32,000 nucleotides of DNA from Thermomonas fusca DSM 15424 (GCF_000423885.1 NZ_AUIV01000002.1:1-32000); one strand, 5' to 3'. Shown: positions 1 through 8,750, numbered from the stretch's first letter. A program made the numbers and translations. Notes: generated by a model from the letters alone, not told the origin.

Positions 1-269
1 TGCTGCTGCTGGACGACTGGGGCATGACGCCGCTCGACCAGGCTGGCCGCCACGATCTGCTCGAAGTGATCGACGACCGCAGCAGCACGCGCTCGACCAT
101 CATCACCAGCCAGCTGCCGATCGAACACTGGCACGCCTGGCTCAACGACCCCACTGTCGCCGACGCCATCCTGGACCGCCTCGTCCATCGCGCCCATCGC
201 ATCGCACTCAAGGGCGAATCGCTGCGCCGCAAGACGCAGGAAAAGAGCAAAACCGCCACCCCATCGTGA
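1..269 (+). CDS. istB: IS21-family IstB-like ATP-binding helper protein, C-terminal part (5' end outside window)
   Basis: The frame is open from position 3. LLLDDWG...[39 protein letters not shown] is the typical IstB C-terminus. TGA at 267-269. Confidence 0.85.
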   Translation, partial: LLLDDWGMTPLDQAGRHDLLEVIDDRSSTRSTIITSQLPIEHWHAWLNDPTVADAILDRLVHRAHRIALKGESLRRKTQEKSKTATPS

Positions 270-314
270 CCGCTGACTTACACTAAACCCCGCGCACAAC
301 GACCCCACCGACAT

Positions 315-355
315 CGGTCACGATCAAGCGAAACGCGCGGTCACGATCAGCGAAA
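315..355 (+). repeat. Two direct copies of CGGTCACGATCA(A)GCGAAA (315-333, 338-355), IS21-type multiple terminal repeats
   Basis: Read directly from the sequence. IS21-family ends characteristically carry repeated transposase-binding motifs inside the terminal inverted repeat. Confidence 0.6.
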
Positions 356-361
356 TACGCA

Positions 362-1329
362 CCCAGGGCGCGCAGGGTCTTTTCCGCGTCGGCATGGACA
401 GCCCATGTGCCGGGCTGCATCTCGCCGGCCAGGCCCAGGCGCTGCAAGCGTTGCAGGCGGCCGATCAGCAACAGGCGCTGGCGTTGCAGCCGCGGTTCGT
501 TGAAGCGTTCGATCTGCACTCGGCCGTCCTCGCCGGCCTCGCGTTGCAGGGTGCGATCCAGGCTCGTCCACCGCTCTTGTTCCACCTCGCGCTGCAAGGT
601 CTGCTGGATTTCGAGCTCCGTGCGCGGCCCCAGCCATTCGGTCGCCAGCTCAGCAGCGCGATGGCGGAAGCCATCGGCGATGTAGTCGCCCGCGATGATG
701 AGGTCTTTGCCGGTGTCGTCGCGCCCACGCACGACGATGTGCGTGTGCGGGTTGTCGGTGTTCCAGTGGTTGACGGCTACCCAATCGAGGCCCGTGCCCA
801 GGTCGGCCTCCATGCGACCCATGAGGTGCCGCGTATAGGTGCGCAGGTCTTCCAGCTCCGCGCCATCCTCAGGCGAGAGGATGAAGCGGAAATGGTGCCG
901 GTCGTCGGCGCAGCCCTCCGTGAAGGCGTCGAGGTCGGCAGCATCGGTCTGTGGCCCGTAGGCTTGGCCAGGCTCGCCTTCGCGGCCTACGCCATCGCGC
1001 TCGATGTAGCGAAGGTGCTTGGCGAGCGACTGCGGGCTGGCCTGGCGCTGATTGACCAGCAGCGTCTTGATGGTTACGCGCCGCGACATGGGAGTGAGCT
1101 TCGCGCCCGCGAAGCGCGCCGCCGTGTGGCCGCGCCCGAGGCGCGAGCCGGGCCGCTGGCCGGAGTGCTGTCCGTTGCCGCCAGTGCGAGGACGGCGCAT
1201 CGCCGATTTGCCGCCGCTGGCCTTGCCCGCCTGCTTGAGCACCTTCGAGACGAAGCCCTGGCCCCGGTTCATCGGGGCCTTTGGAGGGTTCGGGCGGATA
1301 CGGAAATCGTCGTCTCGGCGGTCACTCAT
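362..1329 (-). pseudogene. Conjugative relaxase (VirD2/MOBP-like, DUF3363-type), N-terminal about 322 codons only, truncated by the IS21-family insertion
   Basis: ATG at 1329 (MSDRRDDDFRIRPN). Relaxase histidine triad context NHWNTDNPHTHIVVRGRD. Homology ends at ..EKTLRALGA, and the last 24 codons of the 283..1704 ORF are read-through into the IS end. Confidence 0.8.
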
Positions 1330-1765
1330 GGCTGTGCTCCCTGCAAGCTCTGGCGTGTCCGGTCGTGCAAAGCACGCGGACACACCCGCATTGGCGCGGG
1401 CCTCGCGCCACAAGCGGCACGGCGGCGAAGCCGCTGTGTGCCGCGCCACCCCCATGTGCAGACTGGCTTTCGACGCGGCCCGGTGCCGCGTCCTTTTGTC
1501 TTGCCTTCCGCCTTTGCCCCTCGCTGGCGCTTCGGGCAGCGGTTGCCCGGCGGCGCTACTGCGCGAGCAGCCAGCGCGCCGGCGAACGCGGCGACGGCCA
1601 TAGGCCGGGCGCATTCGAGGCAAGACGCCTGCACATGGGAAGGCAGCGCGAAGTGCAGCGCGGATGCGCTCGCACTGCACACGCGACGACATGCGGAAAG
1701 CCACCGGATCGGCACGCCCGATGGCACGATGAGATGCACGGCAACGTGCAGCGAATCGGCGGCCA

Positions 1766-2365
1766 TCATGGGCGAGACTCCAGCCAGACCGGATGCGCGA
1801 CGCTGATCACGGCGGATACGCTGACCGGCCCGAAATACCGGCTGTCGAACGATGCCGGGTTGGTCACGCTGAGCAGGAACAGTTCGCCGGAATTAAGGAG
1901 ACGGCATTGCTGCCAGGATGGCAGCGGCCGGCCCCAACGGTCAGCGGGCAGCACGGTGGCCGAAGGCAGGCCGTCGATGCGGACGATGCGGCCAGTGATG
2001 CACACCTCCTGCGGAGCGACAGCGCCCACGCGCTTGAGCAGCGGCACGCGCGCCGGCAGGTAGCCGCGCTGCGCGGCCAGCGCGGCAGCCTCTGGCGGCA
2101 GCGTGGTCAGCACGATGCTGCCCACGGACAAAGGACGTGGCAGCGAGCCGGCACCGTGGTCCAGCGAATCGACGCGATACCAGCCGACCGCCACACTGTC
2201 GGACGGGTTGTAGATCAGGCGCGGCAGCGGATGCGCGAAGGACGCCCAACCCAGCGCAGCGAGGCCGCAGGCGGACAGGCCCGCCAGCACGATGCGGGTG
2301 CGCAAACGTGCGCGGGGTCGCGGGCGAGCACGCGATGCGGTGCTGGCAGTAGAAACGGCGGTCAT
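1766..2365 (-). CDS. traF: Conjugative transfer signal peptidase TraF (S26 family)
   Basis: N-terminal TM segment, then PRLIYNPSDSVAVGWYRV and a C-terminal SFDSRYFGPV motif typical of TraF/S26. Start overlaps the upstream gene stop. Confidence 0.8.
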   Translation of the reverse strand: MTAVSTASTASRARPRPRARLRTRIVLAGLSACGLAALGWASFAHPLPRLIYNPSDSVAVGWYRVDSLDHGAGSLPRPLSVGSIVLTTLPPEAAALAAQRGYLPARVPLLKRVGAVAPQEVCITGRIVRIDGLPSATVLPADRWGRPLPSWQQCRLLNSGELFLLSVTNPASFDSRYFGPVSVSAVISVAHPVWLESRP

Positions 2366-2907
2366 GGCAGCGCCCTCCCGATCAGCCAGGCGGCGTGCCG
2401 CTCGGCGGTGTATTCGGGCAGCGGCAGGCGCGCGGCGAGGCGGTTGGCGAGCGTGCGCCAGTACGCGGGCGAGGCGCCGACAGGCGCAATGCCCAGCGCC
2501 TCGATGGCGTCGATGCGCTCCAGCACGGGGCGCACCTGGTTGTCACCCTCGGCGTGCAGCAGCAGGCGCGCGCCCGGCTGCACGCCGGGGATGCGCTGCG
2601 CCGCATCGAACGGCGTGCAAGCCTGCATCACCATGAGCTGCCAGCGCACGGTGCCGTAGTCGTTGGCCTGCCAGCGGACGCGGCACAAAACCGCGTTCGG
2701 CAGGAACACGGCGCTGCGCCGCCAGCGGTCGAGCCGGTGCGTGCGCGCGGGTTCGCCAAAGCGCAGGTAGAGTTTGAAGCGCGGTTCGATGTAGGCCAGC
2801 GCCACGCGCGTCAGCGGCGCGCTGGCAGGTTGGCCGGAAGGTGCTGCGAGCGCAGCCGTGGCCGCGCCAGCGGCGGACACGTTGGCAGATGAAGCGGATG
2901 CGGTCAT
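2362..2907 (-). CDS. DUF2840-like ICE backbone protein
   Basis: Conserved position between the parA module and traF in Tn4371-like ICEs. Overlapping stop/start on both sides. Confidence 0.7.
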   Translation of the reverse strand: MTASASSANVSAAGAATAALAAPSGQPASAPLTRVALAYIEPRFKLYLRFGEPARTHRLDRWRRSAVFLPNAVLCRVRWQANDYGTVRWQLMVMQACTPFDAAQRIPGVQPGARLLLHAEGDNQVRPVLERIDAIEALGIAPVGASPAYWRTLANRLAARLPLPEYTAERHAAWLIGRALP

Positions 2908-3176
2908 GGCGTGTTCTCCTTGCGGTGTTCTGGAAACTCCCGCTCCAGCAAGCTGCGCAGCAAGTCAACCACGGTCACGCCTTGCGTGAAGGCCGACACC
3001 TTGATGCGCGCCCGCATGGCGGGCGTGATGTCGAGGGTCAGACGCGCGGTGTAGAGGTCGCCCTTGTTGAGTGCATCGGCGTCGCCCTGGCGAATCCACG
3101 CCTCGGCGTGCGGATTCGCGGGCGGGCGCGCGCCGATGCCGACGCGCTTTGCGCGTATGGGTGGCTTCGCTGTCAT
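2904..3176 (-). CDS. Ribbon-helix-helix partition/centromere-binding-like protein
   Basis: ATG at 3176 overlaps the parA stop (ATGA). The C-terminal LTLDITPAMRARIKVSAFTQGVTVVDLLRSLL stretch is RHH-like. The track start (GTG 3185) is less likely. Confidence 0.6.
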   Translation of the reverse strand: MTAKPPIRAKRVGIGARPPANPHAEAWIRQGDADALNKGDLYTARLTLDITPAMRARIKVSAFTQGVTVVDLLRSLLEREFPEHRKENTP

Positions 3177-3811
3177 GTCGGCCACCGCAGCAGTTCATCG
3201 ACCAGCGCGGTGATTTCACGGGCGGCGGCGCTGTCCGGCGCCGTCTCGCGTGCAAGCCGGCCAGCGGCCACGCTGTCGGCGAACACGATGCGCTGATGTA
3301 CTTCCGCGCGCAGCGCGGGGAGCGGCTGGTCGGCGAGCGTCTGACGCGCTTCGCGCCCGATCACGGTGGTACTGACGCGCCGATTGATAACAAAGGCTGC
3401 GCGGAGCAGCGGCCGAAACACCTGCGCCTCGCGGATCAGCGCCACCATCTCGGCGCTGGCCCACAAGTCATAGGGGCTGGGCTGCACCGGGATCAGCACG
3501 CGCTCGGCCGCCAGCAGCGCGGAGCGCGCCAAGGCGGCAATCCTGGGCGGCCCGTCGATGACGACGTGATCGGCCCGCCTGGCGAGTTCTGGCGCCTCTT
3601 GGTGCAGCGTTTCGCGTGCGAGGCCCACGGCGCTGAACAGCCGTGGCAAGCCTTGCTGGCTTCTGCGCTGCGTCCAGTCCAGCGATGAACCCTGCGGGTC
3701 GGCGTCCAACAGGACGACGTGCTGGCCGCGCATCGCCAGCTCGCCGGCGATGTGCGTGGCGAGCGTCGTCTTGCCGACGCCGCCTTTCTGGTTGAGTAGC
3801 GCGACGATCAT
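3173..3811 (-). CDS. parA: ParA-family partition ATPase
   Basis: MIVALLNQKGGVGKTTLATHIAG is a deviant Walker A at the N-terminus when started at ATG 3811. The longer track ORF adds an unlikely 23-aa leader. Confidence 0.9.
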   Translation of the reverse strand: MIVALLNQKGGVGKTTLATHIAGELAMRGQHVVLLDADPQGSSLDWTQRRSQQGLPRLFSAVGLARETLHQEAPELARRADHVVIDGPPRIAALARSALLAAERVLIPVQPSPYDLWASAEMVALIREAQVFRPLLRAAFVINRRVSTTVIGREARQTLADQPLPALRAEVHQRIVFADSVAAGRLARETAPDSAAAREITALVDELLRWPT

Positions 3812-3977
3812 GGCCTGGCCCCCCATGCTGGAAAGCCGGGCTTTGGCTGCTGCGTTTGTTGCCGCGTGGCGGTTATCCACCGCAGCGGCGTTTTCCTACT
3901 AAAAGTTAGAGAAATGAAGTTAGGGAAGTTAGAGGGCGAGGAAACCCAGTACTGGCGCGGGCTTGCGACCGATCGGC

Positions 3978-4040
3978 ACGCCTGATAGCACGATAGTCCC
4001 ACGCCTGATAGCACGATACCCCGCACGCCTGATAGCACGA
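3978..4040 (+). repeat. Three direct 16-bp iteron-like repeats ACGCCTGATAGCACGA (3978-3993, 4001-4016, 4025-4040)
   Basis: Perfect 16-mers spaced 23 and 24 bp apart, lying between parA and repA. This is the classic iteron geometry next to a replication initiator gene. Confidence 0.65.
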
Positions 4041-4064
4041 CACCATCCACAGGCTTTCCCGGAG

Positions 4065-4922
4065 TTATCCCAGTGCCGTCGGCGGCACGGGCCGGAACGT
4101 CAGCAGCTCCATGCCGTTGTCCGGCATCCGCTCGATGCCCAGGACGTAGCCGGGCAGCGACTGCCGCGCGACGAGCGCGCGCAGGTCGCAGGCGAAGTCG
4201 TAGGGCTTCGCGGTACTGCCCGATTTCTGGTGCAGGTAGCGAAAGTCGAACTGCCAGCCGTAAGCCTGTTTGCCGCCGTGCTTGCGCACCAGGCGGTACA
4301 GCCATCGCTCGATGCCGCCCGAGAGCCGGAAATACGCCGGGTCGATGGTCAACACCAGCGCGGCGTCGAGCACGCCCGCATAGAACCAGTCCGGCAGAAT
4401 CAGTTCGATGCCCAGCGGCGTGCCGCTGGCATCGGCCAGCTCCTTCCATTCGTTGATCCACGAGAAACGATGCAGGCGCCGCCCGGTCGTCTCGCGGATC
4501 GACGTGGCCACCGTGGTCGATTGCAGCCGGTCGAGCGCGGCCTTGAGGCGCTGGTAGTCGCGCAGCGACTTGCCGCGCCCGATGAAGCGCAGGATCTCGT
4601 AGGGCGTGGCGCGCATCAGCCGCGACGGCCGCAGGCCCGCGTCCTTCGCCTCCACGATCTGCGAGGCAGCCCAGATCAGCACGTCCGCATCCCAGATTGT
4701 GGCGATGCCGTGCTCCTGCGTGCCTTCCACGCGGATCGTGACGTTGCCCGCGCGGAAGTCGATGGGCTTGACCCGCTTGGATTTGCCGAGCGAGAAGAAC
4801 GGATAGGCCATCAGGTCTTGGCTGTCGCGCGGCGCCATGTCGCCGGGCAAGGCGCGGAACAGGTCGAGCTGTTCGCGCTCTTGCGTCGGCCGCTGCCGCA
4901 TGGGCAGCGCGGTGCTGGACAT
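4065..4922 (-). CDS. repA: Replication initiator protein A (RepA/TrfA-like) of the ICE
   Basis: 285 aa. The MAYPFFSLGKSKR..PIDF N-terminal motif and overall similarity match ICE/plasmid RepA. Adjacent iterons. Confidence 0.85.
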   Translation of the reverse strand: MSSTALPMRQRPTQEREQLDLFRALPGDMAPRDSQDLMAYPFFSLGKSKRVKPIDFRAGNVTIRVEGTQEHGIATIWDADVLIWAASQIVEAKDAGLRPSRLMRATPYEILRFIGRGKSLRDYQRLKAALDRLQSTTVATSIRETTGRRLHRFSWINEWKELADASGTPLGIELILPDWFYAGVLDAALVLTIDPAYFRLSGGIERWLYRLVRKHGGKQAYGWQFDFRYLHQKSGSTAKPYDFACDLRALVARQSLPGYVLGIERMPDNGMELLTFRPVPPTALG

Positions 4923-4948
4923 GGCGATGGCCTGCCGCGCGCCGTCGA

Positions 4949-5242
4949 TCAGCGCGCACGGCTGTCGGCCGAGTGGTGCTCGGCGTATTCGGGATCGGAG
5001 GTCGTCTCGAAACTGCGGTCGGCGGCCCAGGTGTCGAGGTCGGCCACGGCGTACATGACGCGCCGGCCGAACTTGCGAAAGCGCGGGCCGCCGCCGATCA
5101 CGCGCTGCTTTTCCAGCGTGCGCGGCGATAGGCGCAGGTACTCGGCGGCTTCGTCGTTGGTGAGATAGCGTTGGGGCTGCGGGGCAGCGGTCGAGGCAGT
5201 GGCCGAAACTGTTGCAGAGGGCCGCAAGGGAGCGGGACGCAT
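4949..5242 (-). CDS. Excisionase/MerR-type helix-turn-helix DNA-binding protein
   Basis: LTNDEAAEYLRLSPRTLEKQRVIGGGPRFRKFGRRVMYAVADLDTW is an HTH_17-like motif. GGAGG lies 8 nt upstream of ATG 5242. Confidence 0.7.
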   Translation of the reverse strand: MRPAPLRPSATVSATASTAAPQPQRYLTNDEAAEYLRLSPRTLEKQRVIGGGPRFRKFGRRVMYAVADLDTWAADRSFETTSDPEYAEHHSADSRAR

Positions 5243-5325
5243 GGTGTGAACCTCCATCGGTTGAAAACGCCCGGCCACACAGCGCAACCGGATGGAGGCA
5301 GTCTCAGAAGACGCGGCCCTTCTGC

Positions 5326-6099
5326 TCAGGGTCGTTTTGCGTTGCCTTCGAAACGGCCCTTCTCAAGCGGCGGAAGCTGTGCTAGGCAGCGATAGCCGTT
5401 GCGCATCAACGCATCGCCGCGCCGCACCAGGCGGCGCACCTTGGAGCGCAGGCCTCCGTCGGCGTACCAATCGGCCACAGCATCCGCACCGAATAAGCCT
5501 TCGCCAACCTCGCGCAAGGACGCGCCCGCAAGGGTTGCGTCGAGCGCCTGCAAGGTGTGCAGCTCCAGCAATGCGGCGGGCGTTGGCCGGGAATTGACGA
5601 TGAATAGGGCCGTGCCCAGCGAATGACTGCGCGCAGGCGCAACAGCACCGCCGCGATGGGCATAGGCGACGGCCATGCCGTCTTCCAGGCCGGGCGCCAG
5701 CGCGAAGCGCAAGCAATGGCCTGGGCTGCGAGCGATCAGCGCCAGCCCTTTGCCGTCGTGGAGCAGTTGCTTGTGGCCGGGAATGCGCCAGAACGCGAAA
5801 ACCGTGGCATCGAGTGGCGGATCGGCATCGGGATAGAGCTGCACCACAGCGGCATGGCCGGGCAACCAGGCTGGATGCGCGTCACGCGCGTCCAGCGCCG
5901 GATTTTCCAGCAGGCGCAGGCCCCAGCGATGCGCCGCTTGCTGTGTGCTTTCCGGTCGGCGATGGTGGCGCAGCCAGTCAAGGCGGTAATCGGGATGACG
6001 GCGCAGGTACTCCCAAGCCAGCGCGAGCGCGTCCAGCCACAAGACGTACAGGTAGGCCGCAGTCGGATACCAATGCGCGACGTGATGAGGATCGACCAT
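5326..6099 (-). CDS. DUF2285-type transcriptional regulator domain protein
   Basis: The N-terminal W..YLRRHP.YR motif and the C-terminal regulator region are typical of DUF2285 proteins of proteobacterial ICEs. Confidence 0.7.
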   Translation of the reverse strand: MVDPHHVAHWYPTAAYLYVLWLDALALAWEYLRRHPDYRLDWLRHHRRPESTQQAAHRWGLRLLENPALDARDAHPAWLPGHAAVVQLYPDADPPLDATVFAFWRIPGHKQLLHDGKGLALIARSPGHCLRFALAPGLEDGMAVAYAHRGGAVAPARSHSLGTALFIVNSRPTPAALLELHTLQALDATLAGASLREVGEGLFGADAVADWYADGGLRSKVRRLVRRGDALMRNGYRCLAQLPPLEKGRFEGNAKRP

Positions 6100-6423
6100 G
6101 ACGCCTCCTCCTGTGAACAGGAATCGCCGCCGCGTCAGGACTACGTGCTACATCGCCATCGTCCGAACGTCATGGGTGAAAAAGTTGGATAGGCGTTGGC
6201 AAGACCGATCGACTCCGAAGCGCTGCGGTTTCCGTCTCAATGCTGCGGCGGCAGCGCCCCGATCGTGGGACGCCGTACAGGCCAGCCTGGCGCAGCAGGC
6301 GCAGGAGATCATGACTATTTGGATCAGACTGACTGGGGTATGCCGCAACAATGCCGATTGAGACCGTCCCGGCATGACGTCAGACTGAAAAAGTCACAGT
6401 AGGCGGCGTCCCGCCGGCCGTAT

Positions 6424-6774
6424 TCAGTCCGGGATAGCTCCGTCATGCTCGGCCAGTCGGGTGTATTCCGCCAGCGTGCGCGTGGGCTGGAAATAGAGAT
6501 CGCGCATCACCGGCTGCTTGCGCGGCCCGACGATACAGGCCAGCTCGGACAGCTTGACGGTGCCTTGCGCCGGCATCCCGATCCCCAGGTCGATGAGACC
6601 CCAGGCGGTGTCGCCATCGGCGGGATCGAGCGCGGCCAATAGCCAGGTTATATGCGCGTCCGGCGTGAACAGTCGAACCACAGGCACCGGGTCGATGGTT
6701 TCGCCAGCGGCGCGGGCCTTGCCGTTGGCGAGCAGTTGCGCACGCTCCGAGTCGGTGGCAAGTGGCTGGGGCAT
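6424..6774 (-). CDS. DUF2958 domain protein (paralogue 1)
   Basis: Has VVRLFTPDAHITWLLAALDP.DGD.AWGLIDLGIGMP..G.V.LSEL. It is a clear paralogue of 15207..15557. ATG at 6774. Confidence 0.8.
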   Translation of the reverse strand: MPQPLATDSERAQLLANGKARAAGETIDPVPVVRLFTPDAHITWLLAALDPADGDTAWGLIDLGIGMPAQGTVKLSELACIVGPRKQPVMRDLYFQPTRTLAEYTRLAEHDGAIPD

Positions 6775-6953
6775 GGTCGGAAATCCCACAAGTCCAATGA
6801 TGCACGGATGCGGTTTCACGCCGAAGCGCAGAACCGCGAAACCGGATTTGCGCCTTCGTGCTCAAGCACGGATGCGCTTGCGTGGCTTTGCTGGAACCCG
6901 CCGATGCGGATTTCCGTAAAGTCACGAAACCGGAAAATAACATAAGATGAACA

Positions 6954-6974
6954 CTATAGATTGTAGCTCTATAG
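6954..6974. promoter_or_regulatory. Operator-like palindrome CTATAGA-N7-TCTATAG upstream of the XRE gene
   Basis: 7-bp perfect inverted arms in the AT-rich stretch 45-65 nt upstream of the GTG at 7018. Confidence 0.4.
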
Positions 6975-7017
6975 AGCGCAATAAGCTGTCATCTTGGTTT
7001 TCGAAGGGAAACCATAG

Positions 7018-7308
7018 GTGGCGGCTCGGTACTCATTGGCGAAGGCGTTGAAGACGGTCAGAAAAGCGCGGGGCTTGAGCCAAGAAGCGTTTTCGGACGT
7101 GTCGAGCCGCACCTACATGAGCACCCTTGAGCGCGACCTTAAAAGCCCGACCTTGAACAAGCTGGCCGAGCTGTGCAAGGTCATGGAAGTGCATCCGCTC
7201 ACGCTGCTGACGCTGGCCTATGCCGGGGACAGCACGAGCAAGGCCGAGGAGTTGTTGGCGCAGGTGCGCCGTGAACTTGAGGCGGTATTGAATTCAGATG
7301 GAGATTGA
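7018..7308 (+). CDS. XRE-family helix-turn-helix transcriptional regulator
   Basis: LKTVRKARGLSQEAFSDVSSRTYMSTLERDLKSPTLNKLAELCKVMEVHPLTLL is a canonical Cro/C1 HTH. GTG start with AAGGGA upstream. Confidence 0.8.
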   Translation: MAARYSLAKALKTVRKARGLSQEAFSDVSSRTYMSTLERDLKSPTLNKLAELCKVMEVHPLTLLTLAYAGDSTSKAEELLAQVRRELEAVLNSDGD

Positions 7309-7316
7309 GAAGCGCA

Positions 7317-7880
7317 ATGGCATATAGAAATGGAAACTACACCGCCTTTTATGTTGCAGAGCCATTCAATCCCAGCTCGCTGGGCGCCAATGCGACAAAA
7401 GATTTTCAGTATTATAATGTCCTGCGGATGTGGAAAGGCGCTGATGCGACGTTCCCCTTCGTCGATTCGCACGATAAAACATACAGTGTCCGTGATGGCA
7501 GCGATTGGGAATACACCCTGAAACCGAGACTTAGGGAACGCCTTCGGAACTCGAAGAACATCATCCTCATATTGAGTTCGATCACGACCAACTCCCGTGC
7601 CCTCCGAGAAGAAATCGACTACGGGATCAACGACCAGGGGCTACCCGTCATCGTCGTCTACCCTGAATATTCCACCAAGGAAAGCCTGCTTATCGGTGGA
7701 TCATTGAAGCAGGCTGTCAAGAACCTGTGGGAAAATCTTCCGGTGCTCCGGGATTCGATGAGCAAAGTTCCTACGCTTCATGTTCCGATGGACAAGGCGC
7801 TCATTAAGAGTGCCTTGCAGGATGGTGGATTCATGGTTGGGAGTAAGAAGACCCCAGATATCTATAGGTACAACCCATAA
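7317..7880 (+). CDS. thsB: TIR-like (DUF1863/ThsB-type) protein, putative Thoeris ThsB
   Basis: MAYRNGNYTAFYVAEPF.., NIILILSSITTNSRALREEIDYG..GLPVIVVYP (beta-strand, then Glu, then a second strand) matches ThsB-type TIR-like domains. Lies immediately upstream of the Macro-TM gene. Confidence 0.75.
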   Translation: MAYRNGNYTAFYVAEPFNPSSLGANATKDFQYYNVLRMWKGADATFPFVDSHDKTYSVRDGSDWEYTLKPRLRERLRNSKNIILILSSITTNSRALREEIDYGINDQGLPVIVVYPEYSTKESLLIGGSLKQAVKNLWENLPVLRDSMSKVPTLHVPMDKALIKSALQDGGFMVGSKKTPDIYRYNP

Positions 7881-7913
7881 TCATTTGGCACGTCGGAGCA
7901 AACGGCCCACGTC

Positions 7914-8750
7914 ATGGTGAAGGTCAACTTTTTTGACAAGCGGGTCATCAAGAAATTCCTTGAGGTCACCGCTGTCGTCAGCGGTACGCTGTCATTCGTG
8001 GTTATTTTTGTTGACGTCCCTGCCGAGTGGAAGCTGAAGGCTGGATTGGCTTTCTTGGCAATACTGGCACTCACCTACTTGGCGATATGGCTCTGGTCGA
8101 ACAACCTAAACAGTATCGACATCAATGTCGAGGGCAGCGATGTCGCGATCAAGACTGGCGATATTTTCCAGCAGCCTGGATTGAAGGCAATCGCCTTCAA
8201 TGAATATTTCGATACGCAGGTGGACAACAAGATAATTGGGGAGACTTCCCTCAACGGCGTTTTCATCCAGAAGCATCTCGGCGTCCCGCTCTCCGAGCTA
8301 GACCGTCACATCGAGGAATACGCTTTTGATAACAGCGAAGTCCTGGATGAAAACGAGGCCAGGAAACAGGGGAAGAAGAAAAGGTATCAGATTGGCACAA
8401 TCTGCCTATACAAAGACTACCTCCTGACCGCGTTCTCCAAGTTCGACGAGAACAACAAGGCGCTGCTGACAATGCCGGAGTACCTTGAGTTTCTCATCAA
8501 TTTCTGGGACAAGGTAAACAACATCTACGCCCAGCAAAGCGTATCTACCACGATCTTCGGTTCGGGAATAACGCGGATCAAGGGACACAAAAACATCTCC
8601 GACGAGGATCTCCTGAAGATAATGCTGTGGACGTTCAGAATCAGCGAAATGCGATTCAAGTACCCCGCGAAGCTGACCATCGTGATTCACGAAGACAAGA
8701 TTGACCAGATCAATCTTCTCGATATTAAATCCGCCAGGAACGGCGTGTAA
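7914..8750 (+). CDS. thsA: Two-TM plus Macro-domain protein, putative type II Thoeris ThsA
   Basis: Two hydrophobic helices (VTAVVSGTLSFVVIFV, AGLAFLAILALTYLAIWLW). These are followed by macro-like motifs GDIF..GLKAIAFNEYFD and STTIFGSGITR. Confidence 0.7.
   Translation: MVKVNFFDKRVIKKFLEVTAVVSGTLSFVVIFVDVPAEWKLKAGLAFLAILALTYLAIWLWSNNLNSIDINVEGSDVAIKTGDIFQQPGLKAIAFNEYFDTQVDNKIIGETSLNGVFIQKHLGVPLSELDRHIEEYAFDNSEVLDENEARKQGKKKRYQIGTICLYKDYLLTAFSKFDENNKALLTMPEYLEFLINFWDKVNNIYAQQSVSTTIFGSGITRIKGHKNISDEDLLKIMLWTFRISEMRFKYPAKLTIVIHEDKIDQINLLDIKSARNGV

Larger units (their letters stand above)
1..361 (+). mobile_element. Right end of an IS21-family insertion sequence (partial), terminus about 361 (..ATACGCA)
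   Basis: The istB 3' end is followed by about 90 nt with tandem terminal repeats and a CA end. The relaxase reading frame on the opposite strand loses homology exactly here. Confidence 0.7.

Noticed and set aside
283-1704. Full 473-aa minus-strand ORF taken as the relaxase
   Set aside because: The N-terminal 125 codons are Arg/Ala-rich with no homology, so the real start is ATG 1329. The C-terminal 24 codons are read-through into the IS21-family end, so the gene is a truncated pseudogene.
394-1806. 470-aa plus-strand ORF, plus several 60-260-aa ORFs in 283-2063
   Set aside because: They are antisense to or out of frame with the relaxase remnant and traF, and are not supported by motifs.
3808-5168. 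383-aa minus-strand and 401-aa plus-strand ORFs overlapping repA
   Set aside because: They are alternative or antisense frames of the well-supported RepA gene (4065..4922) and have biased composition.
6807-6934. Two copies of a GATGCGG.TTTC...CGAAACCGGA unit (6807-6846, 6902-6934) upstream of DUF2958 paralogue 1
   Set aside because: The repeat is real but short and imperfect, with no similarity to the other leader family. That is not enough evidence to assign a function, so it is not listed as a feature.
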